Translations under genes and position numbers: made by a program
Shown here: positions 7,548 through 16,548 of the stretch, piece after piece
Position numbering within the stretch: position 1 is the first letter of the stretch
How the letters are laid out: each line of letters begins with the position of its first letter
The notes under the pieces: model-generated
The model's database searches: none
Seen by the model: only the letters and a program-made list of their open reading frames with translations
What the model was told of the DNA's origin: nothing
UHGV virus genome: UHGV-0315882
Origin: a virus
Direction: 5' to 3' (one strand)
DNA length: 56,283 bases

Positions 7548-8073
7548 GATTTACCTTAGAAATGTTTGTTGCAAATTCACATTGAGCAATAACTTTCATG
7601 TTGTTATAAACATCTTGAGAATATTTCTTAGCTTTAGGGATTTTGTACGAGTACCCAGCATTATATGATGCTAAAACTTTTTGTAAAGTCTTCTTTGACT
7701 TTGGTTGACCATGTACCTTCGTCCAAAACTCAAGCTCTTTGTGTGTTTCCTTTGCAGCATAGTCAAAGTCTTTTAAGAGTTTCTTTTTAGCCACATTAGG
7801 ACTGATTTTGTTACGCTTTACAACAGTCTTCAAGTGATTCTGGAAAATACCATAATCATGTGTCTTTTTATTCTCTACCTTCAGACCTAACTCTGACTCT
7901 TGTAAGGCTATAGCAGCTAGAGTGATACCCCAACCTTTACCCATATTATTCTCACCATACTGGTAAGCTTTTAACATGTTTACTTTTTGGCTAATTGATA
8001 GCTCTGGGCAGTCAACTGCATAAGATAAGTGTGCTGTAAACATTAAGCACAAACCTAGAATCAATTTCTTCAT
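7525..8073 (-). CDS. Lytic transglycosylase (SLT domain) with N-terminal signal peptide; putative secreted endolysin (182 aa)
   Basis: Signal peptide MKKLILGLCLMFTAHLSYA; SLT-like motifs ALQESELG, YGIFQ, SYNAGY. Confidence 0.6.
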   Translation of the reverse strand: MKKLILGLCLMFTAHLSYAVDCPELSISQKVNMLKAYQYGENNMGKGWGITLAAIALQESELGLKVENKKTHDYGIFQNHLKTVVKRNKISPNVAKKKLLKDFDYAAKETHKELEFWTKVHGQPKSKKTLQKVLASYNAGYSYKIPKAKKYSQDVYNNMKVIAQCEFATNISKVNHEKIKKV

Positions 8074-8132
8074 TGGTTCTCCTGTTTAGTTTATCGTGAC
8101 AACAATTATACAGCACTCTGCACAAAATACAA

Positions 8133-8162
8133 ATAAAAAAGGCCGCCGAAGCAGCCTTTTAA
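8133..8162 (-). terminator. Intrinsic terminator
   Basis: Imperfect GC stem (GGCCGC/GCAGCC) flanked by A6 and T4 runs. Confidence 0.5.
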
Positions 8163-8173
8163 GAAATTACTTA

Positions 8174-9283
8174 TTAGATTTCACGTTTACGTTGGGAGAT
8201 AAGTTCTCCAGCAGTACCGACGATGACATGTAGAGCTTCAGTCTTACCATCCCATGCTTTCAGTACTTTACGTTGATTATCAACGATTGCTGCAACTTCA
8301 TAACGAGACGAGCGCATCTTCATATCGTTGTAATCAGTTGGTACGGATACAACGTCTCGTGGATGGACACGAACCTTCAGAATTGTATCACCTGAGAAGT
8401 AACGAACATAATCCCAAGCACCAACGTGAAGACCTTGAGAGCAAGTCACGTTACGGTTATTATCAACCATCCAACGTGGCATTTCTACAATGTTACCCAA
8501 ATCATTAGGTACTTTGCAGGTGCGGGAGTCAACCAGCTTGCCTTCACGAGTAGAGACTTTCTTCCAACCAATGATGTAGCCTTCTTCATCAATTTCAACA
8601 TCAAGGTGAGATATGAATCCCCAAAGTTGTTCTACAGAATCTTTAGATGGGTTTTCCATCAGTTTTTCGAAGAACATTACAAGTCGTTCAAAACCTTTAT
8701 CACCAGTCTTCATCATGTGAAGGATACGGTCAACCAGAGTAGAACGCATCTCAACAGCACCGTAGAATAGCTTATCACCTTTGATTGTGATAGCTCCCTG
8801 CGTGAAGTTTTCGATAGACTTACGAATGTTCATCAGTTCAAAGGCTTTCTTGAACTCACCTTTCACAACATGAACTACAATCTCTTGATAGTTCGGATGA
8901 GTAGACTCAACAATTTCAGATTCTGAACCGTAAGTCATAATTACAGAGTCACCAGTAATCATGTACTCAATCTTGTCATCTTTCTGCATAGCTTCGTGCA
9001 GTTTATTTACTGGAGCTTTCTGTACAGCGTCTTTAACTACCTTTTCAACTGGTTTTCCAGCTTTCTTCTTAAAGGTCTTAGCAACTTGCTTCAAAGTCTT
9101 CGTAGCTGGTGTAGAAGTCACCTTCTTATTCCCTTTTAAGGTTGCTTCATGACGCTCTACAGCACGACCGACTGAACGGGTTGAAGTATTAAATTTCTGT
9201 GCAATAGCTGTTTTAGTCAGCTTACCTTCTTTAACCAGTTTGTAAATTTCTGCGTCAATCTGTGCTTTAGTTTTAGTAGTCAT
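8174..9283 (-). CDS. rIIB: rIIB-like protein (369 aa)
   Basis: Immediately downstream of the rIIA-like gene (conserved rIIA-rIIB order); positional assignment only. Confidence 0.4.
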   Translation of the reverse strand: MTTKTKAQIDAEIYKLVKEGKLTKTAIAQKFNTSTRSVGRAVERHEATLKGNKKVTSTPATKTLKQVAKTFKKKAGKPVEKVVKDAVQKAPVNKLHEAMQKDDKIEYMITGDSVIMTYGSESEIVESTHPNYQEIVVHVVKGEFKKAFELMNIRKSIENFTQGAITIKGDKLFYGAVEMRSTLVDRILHMMKTGDKGFERLVMFFEKLMENPSKDSVEQLWGFISHLDVEIDEEGYIIGWKKVSTREGKLVDSRTCKVPNDLGNIVEMPRWMVDNNRNVTCSQGLHVGAWDYVRYFSGDTILKVRVHPRDVVSVPTDYNDMKMRSSRYEVAAIVDNQRKVLKAWDGKTEALHVIVGTAGELISQRKREI

Positions 9284-9362
9284 CTTATTACTCTCTCTTG
9301 TTAGTTAATAAATCATTTTGTGATGCTATTTTAAGGGGCTTTGAAGCCCCTTGTCAAACACT

Positions 9363-11729
9363 TTAATCGTAAATTGTAGTCCCTTCTGGAACACATTTTA
9401 CATCAAAACCTAAGAACTTACTCACTTCGATGGGTGACACTTTATTCCAATCTAAATGAGAAAGCAAGAAGTTTTCTTGTTTTCTTTTTGAAAGGTAGTT
9501 TGTCACCTTAATGACCATGCGGTCACCAGCTTTCTTAATTTTCTTGTAAAGCTTTGTATCATTGTCAAGGCATTCTTTCAAAGTTTGCAATCTACTAACA
9601 GTGTAAGTGTATGCAAACGGTGCAGCAACGTATTGGATTTTACCGAACATTGCCTCTACAGCCTCTTCATTACCTTCTAGGAAGATAGTTTTGTTTGTAT
9701 CCCGTGAATAGCAATAACCACGAGAAATCTTCCTATTATTGAATGTAAAGTTTCTGGCAATAATCCAGCTACTTGTAAGGTCAAGAACACCATTCATGTA
9801 GATGCGTGTCATATACCTGTTATGATTAATCCAATGAACATCAGTTAAGCTGTCGTTCAAGAGCTTCTCATCTACTTCAATCCAGTCTTCTGGTATCTTT
9901 TTCCAATTTGCTTTTCGGAAAACATAAACTGTCTTTCCAATAACATTAGCAACTGACTTAGCTACATCTTCTGGAGATGAGCAAAAACATCTACCATCAA
10001 CTGTGTCACCAACTGCCTTAATATAAAGCTGAGGTTCTTCAATTGTGTCTAAGTCTTCTGACACCTCTTTGTATGAAGCTACAGATTCTGCTGGAACAGC
10101 TTTCCATAGTTTTACAACACCTCTCACAGCCTCTTTACGCTGATAATGATGCTCCTTATCAGACATTTTCACAATCTTTAACAAGCTTTTATCAAGTTTG
10201 TGTAGATTGATTAAATCATCTAACTCTTTTTCAGTCGAGAATACAAACACAATACCATTGTATCTGTGGAACAGGCCTGACTCGTTAGCGTAGTCTCGAC
10301 ATGCACCACGCAAGATTTGATTTCGTCCTACAGTCTTCTCAGTGCCATTTTTATTGCGACGGTCATTAATCACGAACAAAAACTGTTCAATTTGGCTTTT
10401 ACGCATTGCACCAAAGATATTGAACATACTTGCCTCTTGAGTGTAGGAAAGTGCTGTTGCACGAATCTCACTCTCTAAAGAGTTGAACTTGACATAAGCA
10501 ACTGGGTCATAAAGGTAATCTACTTTAGGGATGTTGTTTCCGTTCCTATCAACCTTAATATTACCTTTACCGTCACGCTCATAAATGACTGAGCCGTCTT
10601 CTGCGTAGATAATCCCGCGACGAATGTTTAGCAACTCTTCTTCCAGAGAATCAAGCTTAACGCCTCCCCACTCTAGCTTTGGACACACAGCATTAAACAT
10701 TTCTCGTGAGTTCAAACGCAACTCAGCATAAGCCTGTGCAGCATCCATGAGTGTGGGCTGATTGTTAATCTTTTTGATAACATCCTTTGTAATGGCTTCA
10801 GTTATCTTTTTAGTAGCCTCAATGATAACATTTTTTGTCGTGTCATTCATCTGCAATGCTTCACGAGAAGCTGCAATAGCAACTGAACCAATAGGCATGT
10901 AGATGTTTACAAGGTCTACGCTCCTACGGAAAAACTCTGGCAATACTTTGAAGAAATCATCGCCAAGTAATGCTTCCATATTAACAGGGTAGGCAATGTT
11001 ACCCATCACCACATTAAACTCTGTCCTGTTATCACTAGAACGCCAGCTGTGCTTATGAATCATGGCATCATAAACACCTTCTTCACGGGCAATGACGTTC
11101 ATATCTGCTAATACATCGTTGTACTCAATATTACTTTCTGGTTTTACAGTGAAGTATGAGTACACATTCCCAGCTTCTTCAAAGAACTTTGAGATACGGT
11201 GGTCAGCAACTGCCACACGTACAGCTAAACCATTAGGTTCTTTTGTTGGGTTAGTTGTCAGCTTAGTTACTTGAGGGATACCATTCTCAAGATAAACAGA
11301 GTACTTATTAACAACACCGTCAACATAACTAGATACTGTGAATGACTGAGCAATTGCAAATGGTGACTTTGAGCCGATACCCATTGCACCAATGTAGTCA
11401 TTAGAGTCGTTCTTCGTAGAAGCTCCATAGTTTAGGTACAGACTCATAACTTTATCATGAGTCAATCCAGTTCCAAAATCACGAACTTCGAAGTAAGGCT
11501 CAAAACGAGTAGGTAAATGCACATGGAATGGGATGTTCTCTTTTCCAGCTTCTTTCTGAGCATCCACTGCGTTACATGACAGTTCACGAATCACTGCCCT
11601 TTCTTTAAAGGTGTATACACCAGAACTCAAAAGGCTGAACATCTCAGGTGTCATTGTAATCTGTGCTTGAGACGTCTCTAAAGAAGTTGAACTCTTAATC
11701 ACTTCTGCGTGGTCATTTACCATGCGCAT
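9363..11729 (-). CDS. rIIA: rIIA-like protein with GHKL/HATPase-type ATPase domain (788 aa)
   Basis: N-terminal motifs ELSCNAVDA, RDFGTGL, GAMGIGSKS resemble the GHKL ATPase fold of rIIA. Confidence 0.6.
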   Translation of the reverse strand: MRMVNDHAEVIKSSTSLETSQAQITMTPEMFSLLSSGVYTFKERAVIRELSCNAVDAQKEAGKENIPFHVHLPTRFEPYFEVRDFGTGLTHDKVMSLYLNYGASTKNDSNDYIGAMGIGSKSPFAIAQSFTVSSYVDGVVNKYSVYLENGIPQVTKLTTNPTKEPNGLAVRVAVADHRISKFFEEAGNVYSYFTVKPESNIEYNDVLADMNVIAREEGVYDAMIHKHSWRSSDNRTEFNVVMGNIAYPVNMEALLGDDFFKVLPEFFRRSVDLVNIYMPIGSVAIAASREALQMNDTTKNVIIEATKKITEAITKDVIKKINNQPTLMDAAQAYAELRLNSREMFNAVCPKLEWGGVKLDSLEEELLNIRRGIIYAEDGSVIYERDGKGNIKVDRNGNNIPKVDYLYDPVAYVKFNSLESEIRATALSYTQEASMFNIFGAMRKSQIEQFLFVINDRRNKNGTEKTVGRNQILRGACRDYANESGLFHRYNGIVFVFSTEKELDDLINLHKLDKSLLKIVKMSDKEHHYQRKEAVRGVVKLWKAVPAESVASYKEVSEDLDTIEEPQLYIKAVGDTVDGRCFCSSPEDVAKSVANVIGKTVYVFRKANWKKIPEDWIEVDEKLLNDSLTDVHWINHNRYMTRIYMNGVLDLTSSWIIARNFTFNNRKISRGYCYSRDTNKTIFLEGNEEAVEAMFGKIQYVAAPFAYTYTVSRLQTLKECLDNDTKLYKKIKKAGDRMVIKVTNYLSKRKQENFLLSHLDWNKVSPIEVSKFLGFDVKCVPEGTTIYD

Positions 11730-11758
11730 AATACTTTCCTCTTAGTTTACTGTTAAAT

Positions 11759-11935
11759 CACTTATTAAACATTTTACCAGAACCGCCACACATAGGGCAA
11801 CAACCTGCTCTTGTATAACCTTCCCCATTACAGAAGTCACATTTTTTGTGTTCTGCATAGTACTTGCAAAGAAGGTAAACGAACACTGCTACACTACCAA
11901 GTGACAGTAAAATTTCTATCCAATATGCTTGCATG
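11759..11935 (-). CDS. small membrane-anchored zinc-finger protein (58 aa, below the ORF-track threshold)
   Basis: Hand translation MQAYWIEILLSLGSVAVFVYLLCKYYAEHKKCDFCNGEGYTRAGCCPMCGGSGKMFNK: hydrophobic helix plus two CxxCxGxG repeats; GAGAGG RBS. Confidence 0.4.
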
Positions 11936-12251
11936 ACTCACCTCTCATATTTTTGTAAAGGATAAAGCTTCTGTCATGAACGATACTTGTAGATACTGCA
12001 AAGTTACTTTCAAGCATCTGTTTGTTTGGATTGTAGAAGCTTTCTTTAAACTCGTCAAGTGCAAACTGGTGATGTTGTGGAAGACCTTTTACACAAACCT
12101 TTATTGTGATTGCTGCTGCAACCTTTCCAGTCAGTTCTTCTTTAGCTGCTACTAAAATTTTGTTGAGGAACTTATGGCCATCTTCAGGCTTCTTGATGTT
12201 CTCCCAACGTTCTTCTAAGATAATGTTGATGTTCATTTCTTTGATTTTCAT
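11916..12251 (-). CDS. hypothetical protein (111 aa)
   Basis: ORF downstream of terminator 12269-12291. Confidence 0.5.
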   Translation of the reverse strand: MKIKEMNINIILEERWENIKKPEDGHKFLNKILVAAKEELTGKVAAAITIKVCVKGLPQHHQFALDEFKESFYNPNKQMLESNFAVSTSIVHDRSFILYKNMRGESCKHIG

Positions 12252-12268
12252 AGTCTTCTCCAGAAATT

Positions 12269-12291
12269 AAAAAGGCTCCCGTAGGAGCCTC
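12269..12291 (-). terminator. Intrinsic terminator
   Basis: GGCTCC-cgta-GGAGCC followed by a T-run on the minus strand. Confidence 0.6.
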
Positions 12292-12304
12292 TTATCATAT
12301 ACTT

Positions 12305-14086
12305 TTAAAGCTGCTTGTCAATATTATTTCGAATATCGCCAAGAGTTGTGTAGCCAAACTGCTCAGAGTCGCTAAAGACTAAACGTAAAGCACAAGCTGG
12401 ATGTTCAAGTGCATCTGCAAAGCTCTGGAATCCATAGCCATCTACAGCTTTCAATTTATCACCATCCCACATAGGCGCTACACCACCAAAGGCAGACTTC
12501 TTCACACCACTATCTGTTTTAGGGTCTTTTGCAAGCATAATCTCCTTACCACCAATGCTTGCAAGAGTTGCTTTGACAGCAAATGCAAAGGTGTCACGAG
12601 TCATGTACTGGTAAGTGTAAGAGCCTACACCAAACACTACGTTAGAGCTTGCAAAACCCATTTCATACAAACGCTTCAATATTTCGTTTGCACGTTCCAA
12701 CGTGATAGAGTCACCATAAATAAGTCCGATGTGCTCATCCAGTACTTTAAAACCTTTGGAGTTGATAGTCCCTCCGAAGATGTTATACAGGGTCTTAATA
12801 GCTCCATCAATCTCTGCTACAGGACGTGTTACAACGTTTGCAGAACCAACCATATAAGCATTCTTCAGCAGTACTGTATCAGCAACTTCAAAGTCTTCTC
12901 GGTCAACAACCATTTCGTAGCCTTCTGACAGTAGCCATCCAGCAATACCATAGTTGATGTTTTCAAGCTTCATGTTCAGAACAGATTTCAGCATTGTATC
13001 ACTAGCTTCCAGCTTGCTAAGATGTTCATAATAAGCCTTCTTAGCACATTCTAAGTGGATTGCTTTATAACCTGTGACAATATGCACAGGGTCTCCAGAG
13101 TCAGGACGAATTACCAGCTTGCCGTCACGTTCCATAATCTCTTTACGGAGTTCTGGCAGTATCACTGATACAGTTCTCCAGAAGTTATAAGTATCTGAAA
13201 CAATACTTGCAATACCCGTTGGGTAAGTTTCTGTTAAGAAACGACGGAAGGTTTGTAACTCACCTTTAAAGCGTCTTTCTTCTTCAATCAATTCGTTACC
13301 ACCTTCCCAAGCAATGTTTGCACACATTACAGAGTGCTCAGTGGCTGGTACAGAGCTACCAATATCAGAGACTGGGTAAGACTGTCCGTAGATGCGTTTA
13401 GCTGTATATACGGCAGGGAAGCTATCAGTTCCTTTAAAGCTGGTCAAGTGGCCTACAGCATTAAATGCGTCATCAGTAAAGCCGGACATACCACGCATAG
13501 CAAAGTCATGGCACTGATAAGGCAAATGCAAGTCGTTATCACAAGTAAGGTCAGCCCACTTCTTACAGATACGTTTGTAGTGCAATGCAATAGTTGCAAT
13601 GGTACAAGCCTTCCAAATCTCAGCAGAGAAAGCATCTTCCAGATAACCTGCTACCCAATGGAAACCTGAAACAGTGTTCTGGAAAACAATCATTGGGACA
13701 CGCATAGGGACAACTGTGCCTTCTTCTACAGCGTATACTTCAACTGGTAGATAACCTAAGTCGTGAAGTGCTTCCCAATGCTCTCGACCGATAGCATCTT
13801 TACCAAGAACACCATTCATGACTTCTAAGATTTCGTCAATTGCTTCTTTTTTATCACGTTCAAAGAAAGTGGCATTCCAGTGGTCTATCAAGTAATCTTT
13901 AACAAAACGTTGAATACCAAAAGCCACTACACCGTCAATTGCTAAAGGGCTGTTAAACCATTTATCACTACGTGGTGTCAGGTTGAACATCAAGTACTCT
14001 GTTGCGCTAGGATACTGGTAAACATGACCAGATTTGTAAGCATCTGCATTTAAACCTGCTGGTACTGCATAAAGTGATTTAGTCAT
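12305..14086 (-). CDS. NAMPT-family phosphoribosyltransferase (593 aa); nicotinamide phosphoribosyltransferase or Namat-like ADPR transferase
   Basis: N-terminal DAYKSGHVYQYP matches the NAMPT/NAPRT signature; length and collinearity fit the family. Confidence 0.8.
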   Translation of the reverse strand: MTKSLYAVPAGLNADAYKSGHVYQYPSATEYLMFNLTPRSDKWFNSPLAIDGVVAFGIQRFVKDYLIDHWNATFFERDKKEAIDEILEVMNGVLGKDAIGREHWEALHDLGYLPVEVYAVEEGTVVPMRVPMIVFQNTVSGFHWVAGYLEDAFSAEIWKACTIATIALHYKRICKKWADLTCDNDLHLPYQCHDFAMRGMSGFTDDAFNAVGHLTSFKGTDSFPAVYTAKRIYGQSYPVSDIGSSVPATEHSVMCANIAWEGGNELIEEERRFKGELQTFRRFLTETYPTGIASIVSDTYNFWRTVSVILPELRKEIMERDGKLVIRPDSGDPVHIVTGYKAIHLECAKKAYYEHLSKLEASDTMLKSVLNMKLENINYGIAGWLLSEGYEMVVDREDFEVADTVLLKNAYMVGSANVVTRPVAEIDGAIKTLYNIFGGTINSKGFKVLDEHIGLIYGDSITLERANEILKRLYEMGFASSNVVFGVGSYTYQYMTRDTFAFAVKATLASIGGKEIMLAKDPKTDSGVKKSAFGGVAPMWDGDKLKAVDGYGFQSFADALEHPACALRLVFSDSEQFGYTTLGDIRNNIDKQL

Positions 14087-14104
14087 CTTTTAATCTCTCT
14101 TAAA

Positions 14105-14124
14105 ATGGGGCTTGGAAGCCCCTA
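14105..14124 (-). terminator. GC hairpin with U-run between the Prs-like and NAMPT-like genes
   Basis: GGGGCTT-gg-AAGCCCC followed on the minus strand by ATTTTAAG; preceded by TTTATA. Confidence 0.45.
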
Positions 14125-14131
14125 TAAAGTT

Positions 14132-15028
14132 TTAATCAAGGTTTGCTACAGTAACTTGGCTATAATGTGTTAAGCCACGGTCTTTAGCTTCCCCTAAAGA
14201 GTTTGTAGTGTAGATATGGTCAATACCATTGTCAAGAAGGTTTTCAACATCTTTAGAGAAGATACCATGTGTTACATAGAGTTCCACTCGTTTTGCACCT
14301 GCTTCACGAAGATGTTTAGCTGCTTCTATGAAGGTTCGTCCTCCATCACAAATATCATCCAGAATCATGACGGTTTTATCTGTCAAATCAACATCGTCAA
14401 GGATTCGCATACCAGTGATTTCACCAGTCTTGAGGTTGCGTACTTTAGACATTGTGATATATGGTTTATCCACCTCTTTAGCGGTTTCTGCAACCTTCTT
14501 AGCAGCACCTGCATCTGGGGCCACTAAGTAATCAACCAGTGGGTCATTTGCATAGTGGACTGCAATCTCCTTTTGAGGAATACTCTGGAAGCAGTTAAAC
14601 AGGTTATCTGGAACGTAACTGTGAGGGTCAACTGCACAGACTGCACCAAACCCCATTGCATTAACCTGTTTAGCAAAAACCTTCAAAGCTGCTGCATCGC
14701 CTTTAAACATGTGACGGTCATATCGTGCATTTGGTAAGTAGTAAAAGATGACAGTCTTTAAAGCATAATCATGAGGAATTAAATCATCAATTGCTTCTTT
14801 AGCAAGTGCTACAGCAAACAATGTGTCTTTATCATAACCTTTTACAATCATAATCACATTGTTGATGGATGATGCAGCATAAGCAGTAAAATCAACAAAC
14901 TCTGGTGAAAAGTGTCCACCAATCTCACCAGAAGGAAATTGGATGATGTTAAACTCTTCTTCATGAGTTCCTTTAGTTGGTGAATGAACTGTAACACGTA
15001 TAGATGTTTTCATAATTTTCTCTCTCAA
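14132..15028 (-). CDS. Ribose-phosphate pyrophosphokinase (Prs) family protein (298 aa); PRPP synthetase or ADPR-PP synthetase (Adps)-like
   Basis: Type I PRTase/PRPP-binding motif VMILDDICDGGRTF; size fits Prs. Confidence 0.8.
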   Translation of the reverse strand: MREKIMKTSIRVTVHSPTKGTHEEEFNIIQFPSGEIGGHFSPEFVDFTAYAASSINNVIMIVKGYDKDTLFAVALAKEAIDDLIPHDYALKTVIFYYLPNARYDRHMFKGDAAALKVFAKQVNAMGFGAVCAVDPHSYVPDNLFNCFQSIPQKEIAVHYANDPLVDYLVAPDAGAAKKVAETAKEVDKPYITMSKVRNLKTGEITGMRILDDVDLTDKTVMILDDICDGGRTFIEAAKHLREAGAKRVELYVTHGIFSKDVENLLDNGIDHIYTTNSLGEAKDRGLTHYSQVTVANLD

Positions 15029-15303
15029 TCAAAAGTTACGTTAGTTACTGCCATTGCAGACTTGCATTTCACAGGGTCTACAACGTGATAAAGTACACTA
15101 CAGTTTCCTGTACTATCTGGCACAGGCTTTACCCATTGCTGTTTGACAGTTGGTTCTCCTAAGTCTTTGTAAGAACCATCTGTATAATTATTTACCATCT
15201 CAAGTGCAATTGGCTCTGGGACATGACCACGTATCATGTACATTTCACAACCATTACCACCTTCACTGACTAATGATAAAATCTCCCACTTTTCTTTAGC
15301 CAT
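15025..15303 (-). CDS. hypothetical protein (92 aa)
   Basis: ATGA overlap with the upstream gene. Confidence 0.5.
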   Translation of the reverse strand: MAKEKWEILSLVSEGGNGCEMYMIRGHVPEPIALEMVNNYTDGSYKDLGEPTVKQQWVKPVPDSTGNCSVLYHVVDPVKCKSAMAVTNVTFD

Positions 15304-15811
15304 TGTAAGTTGCCCTATAAACTATCTCGAACTTCAACAGGAGAGATATTGCCAAATCTGTATAGTTGTTGTCAAGCACATCTGGCATATTATTTTTGAT
15401 ATATCTCTCTTGCTCTTCATAGGTCATCTTAGGGGTACTTAAAAGACTATCTCCTTGCTTCTGGTTATCAGCTTTAGTCTGAATAAACCAGTTTGTACAG
15501 TGATGTTCACCACCTTTTGTAACAGGTTTGTGGTGGCCTAATGTGAAGGATTGACTGCCTGTGTATCTGCAAAGTTTATTGAGTACTGTAATGGTGTTCT
15601 TCACAACAAAGCATTCATACAGGTTGTCTATGGTGTAGTGTGGGTAATATCGAAATAATGCTCTTTCACGAGTACTCTCACGATTCCAGAGAATCATGTG
15701 ATTGGAGTTGGAAGGGTCGTATTGGTGGGAGTCAATGAACTCTTGACGTTCCTCAAAACTGAGTCTTAACACTGACATTGCAGCAGAACGTTTCAGATTT
15801 GACAGATACAT
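15296..15811 (-). CDS. hypothetical protein with possible HNH-nuclease-like motif (171 aa)
   Basis: GHHKPVTKGGEHHCTNW...KADN resembles an HNH core (HH, GG, N); weak. Confidence 0.35.
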   Translation of the reverse strand: MYLSNLKRSAAMSVLRLSFEERQEFIDSHQYDPSNSNHMILWNRESTRERALFRYYPHYTIDNLYECFVVKNTITVLNKLCRYTGSQSFTLGHHKPVTKGGEHHCTNWFIQTKADNQKQGDSLLSTPKMTYEEQERYIKNNMPDVLDNNYTDLAISLLLKFEIVYRATYNG

Positions 15812-15823
15812 ATTATCTCCAAA

Positions 15824-15852
15824 ATAAAAAGGGAACCTTTACAGTTCCCTTA
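15824..15852 (-). terminator. Intrinsic terminator
   Basis: GGGAAC-ctttaca-GTTCCC followed by a T-run on the minus strand. Confidence 0.6.
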
Positions 15853-15862
15853 TAGTATCTGC

Positions 15863-16183
15863 TTACTGAGCTACTTTCAAGATTCTTGTGAATGGAATTT
15901 CACTTTCTTCCATTAACTCTTTAGTTTCTTTGGTAACTTTCACAAAGTTATCTAGGCAGATAATCTTCTTATCTTTCTTGCTATAGGTTAATTTAACCTT
16001 TTCAATATCTTTCTCAGAGCTTTTCTCTTCATTGAAGAGTTTTACAGCCTCTTTGAATGGGAGATATGAGCCATCATTATCACTAATGAATCCTGTACCA
16101 CAATAGTAGGAGTTATGCTCTCTAGCCATAAACTGGCACAGTAAGAAAATCTGTAATTTACGAGTGTTATAAACTTTGCTCAT
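15863..16183 (-). CDS. hypothetical protein (106 aa)
   Basis: ORF followed by a terminator. Confidence 0.5.
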   Translation of the reverse strand: MSKVYNTRKLQIFLLCQFMAREHNSYYCGTGFISDNDGSYLPFKEAVKLFNEEKSSEKDIEKVKLTYSKKDKKIICLDNFVKVTKETKELMEESEIPFTRILKVAQ

Positions 16184-16185
16184 GA

Positions 16186-16452
16186 TTATTTAGCCTTCTT
16201 ATTACGTTTACGGTTACGAGCTTTCTTAGCTGCTCGTTTAATAGCTGCTGCACCAGACGGACGGTGGGCTTGTTTCTTACCACCTTTGCCACGGCCTACA
16301 TAGATGTAAGGCTGCTGTTCAATTTGGCTTGTAAGAACCTGTGCAACCGCTGAAGCATCTACACCGACCTGCTTTCCAGTCATAGAAACAATTGCTGCTG
16401 CTTTTGCCAGTGCCTTCAAGAATCCGGCTTTCATATTACCTAAAATTCCCAT
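16186..16452 (-). CDS. hypothetical protein with highly basic C-terminus (88 aa)
   Basis: C-terminal KRAAKKARNRKRNKKAK; possible nucleic-acid binding. Confidence 0.45.
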   Translation of the reverse strand: MGILGNMKAGFLKALAKAAAIVSMTGKQVGVDASAVAQVLTSQIEQQPYIYVGRGKGGKKQAHRPSGAAAIKRAAKKARNRKRNKKAK

Positions 16453-16548
16453 TTTTAGTCTCTCTCATTAAAGTTTAATGCAGAACTTATGAAGTTCTTC
16501 TTCAGTGATACCAATTGGAGTTATACCTTAATCCATTTGCCAGAATAA

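Noticed and set aside
12401-12928. Plus-strand ORFs nested antisense inside large minus-strand genes (e.g. 12401-12928 in the NAMPT-like gene; also 48168-48695 and the minus-strand 33898-34362 inside the polymerase gene)
   Set aside because: Fully contained antisense to well-supported genes, no RBS, Cys/Ser/Leu-rich translations typical of AT-rich antisense frames.
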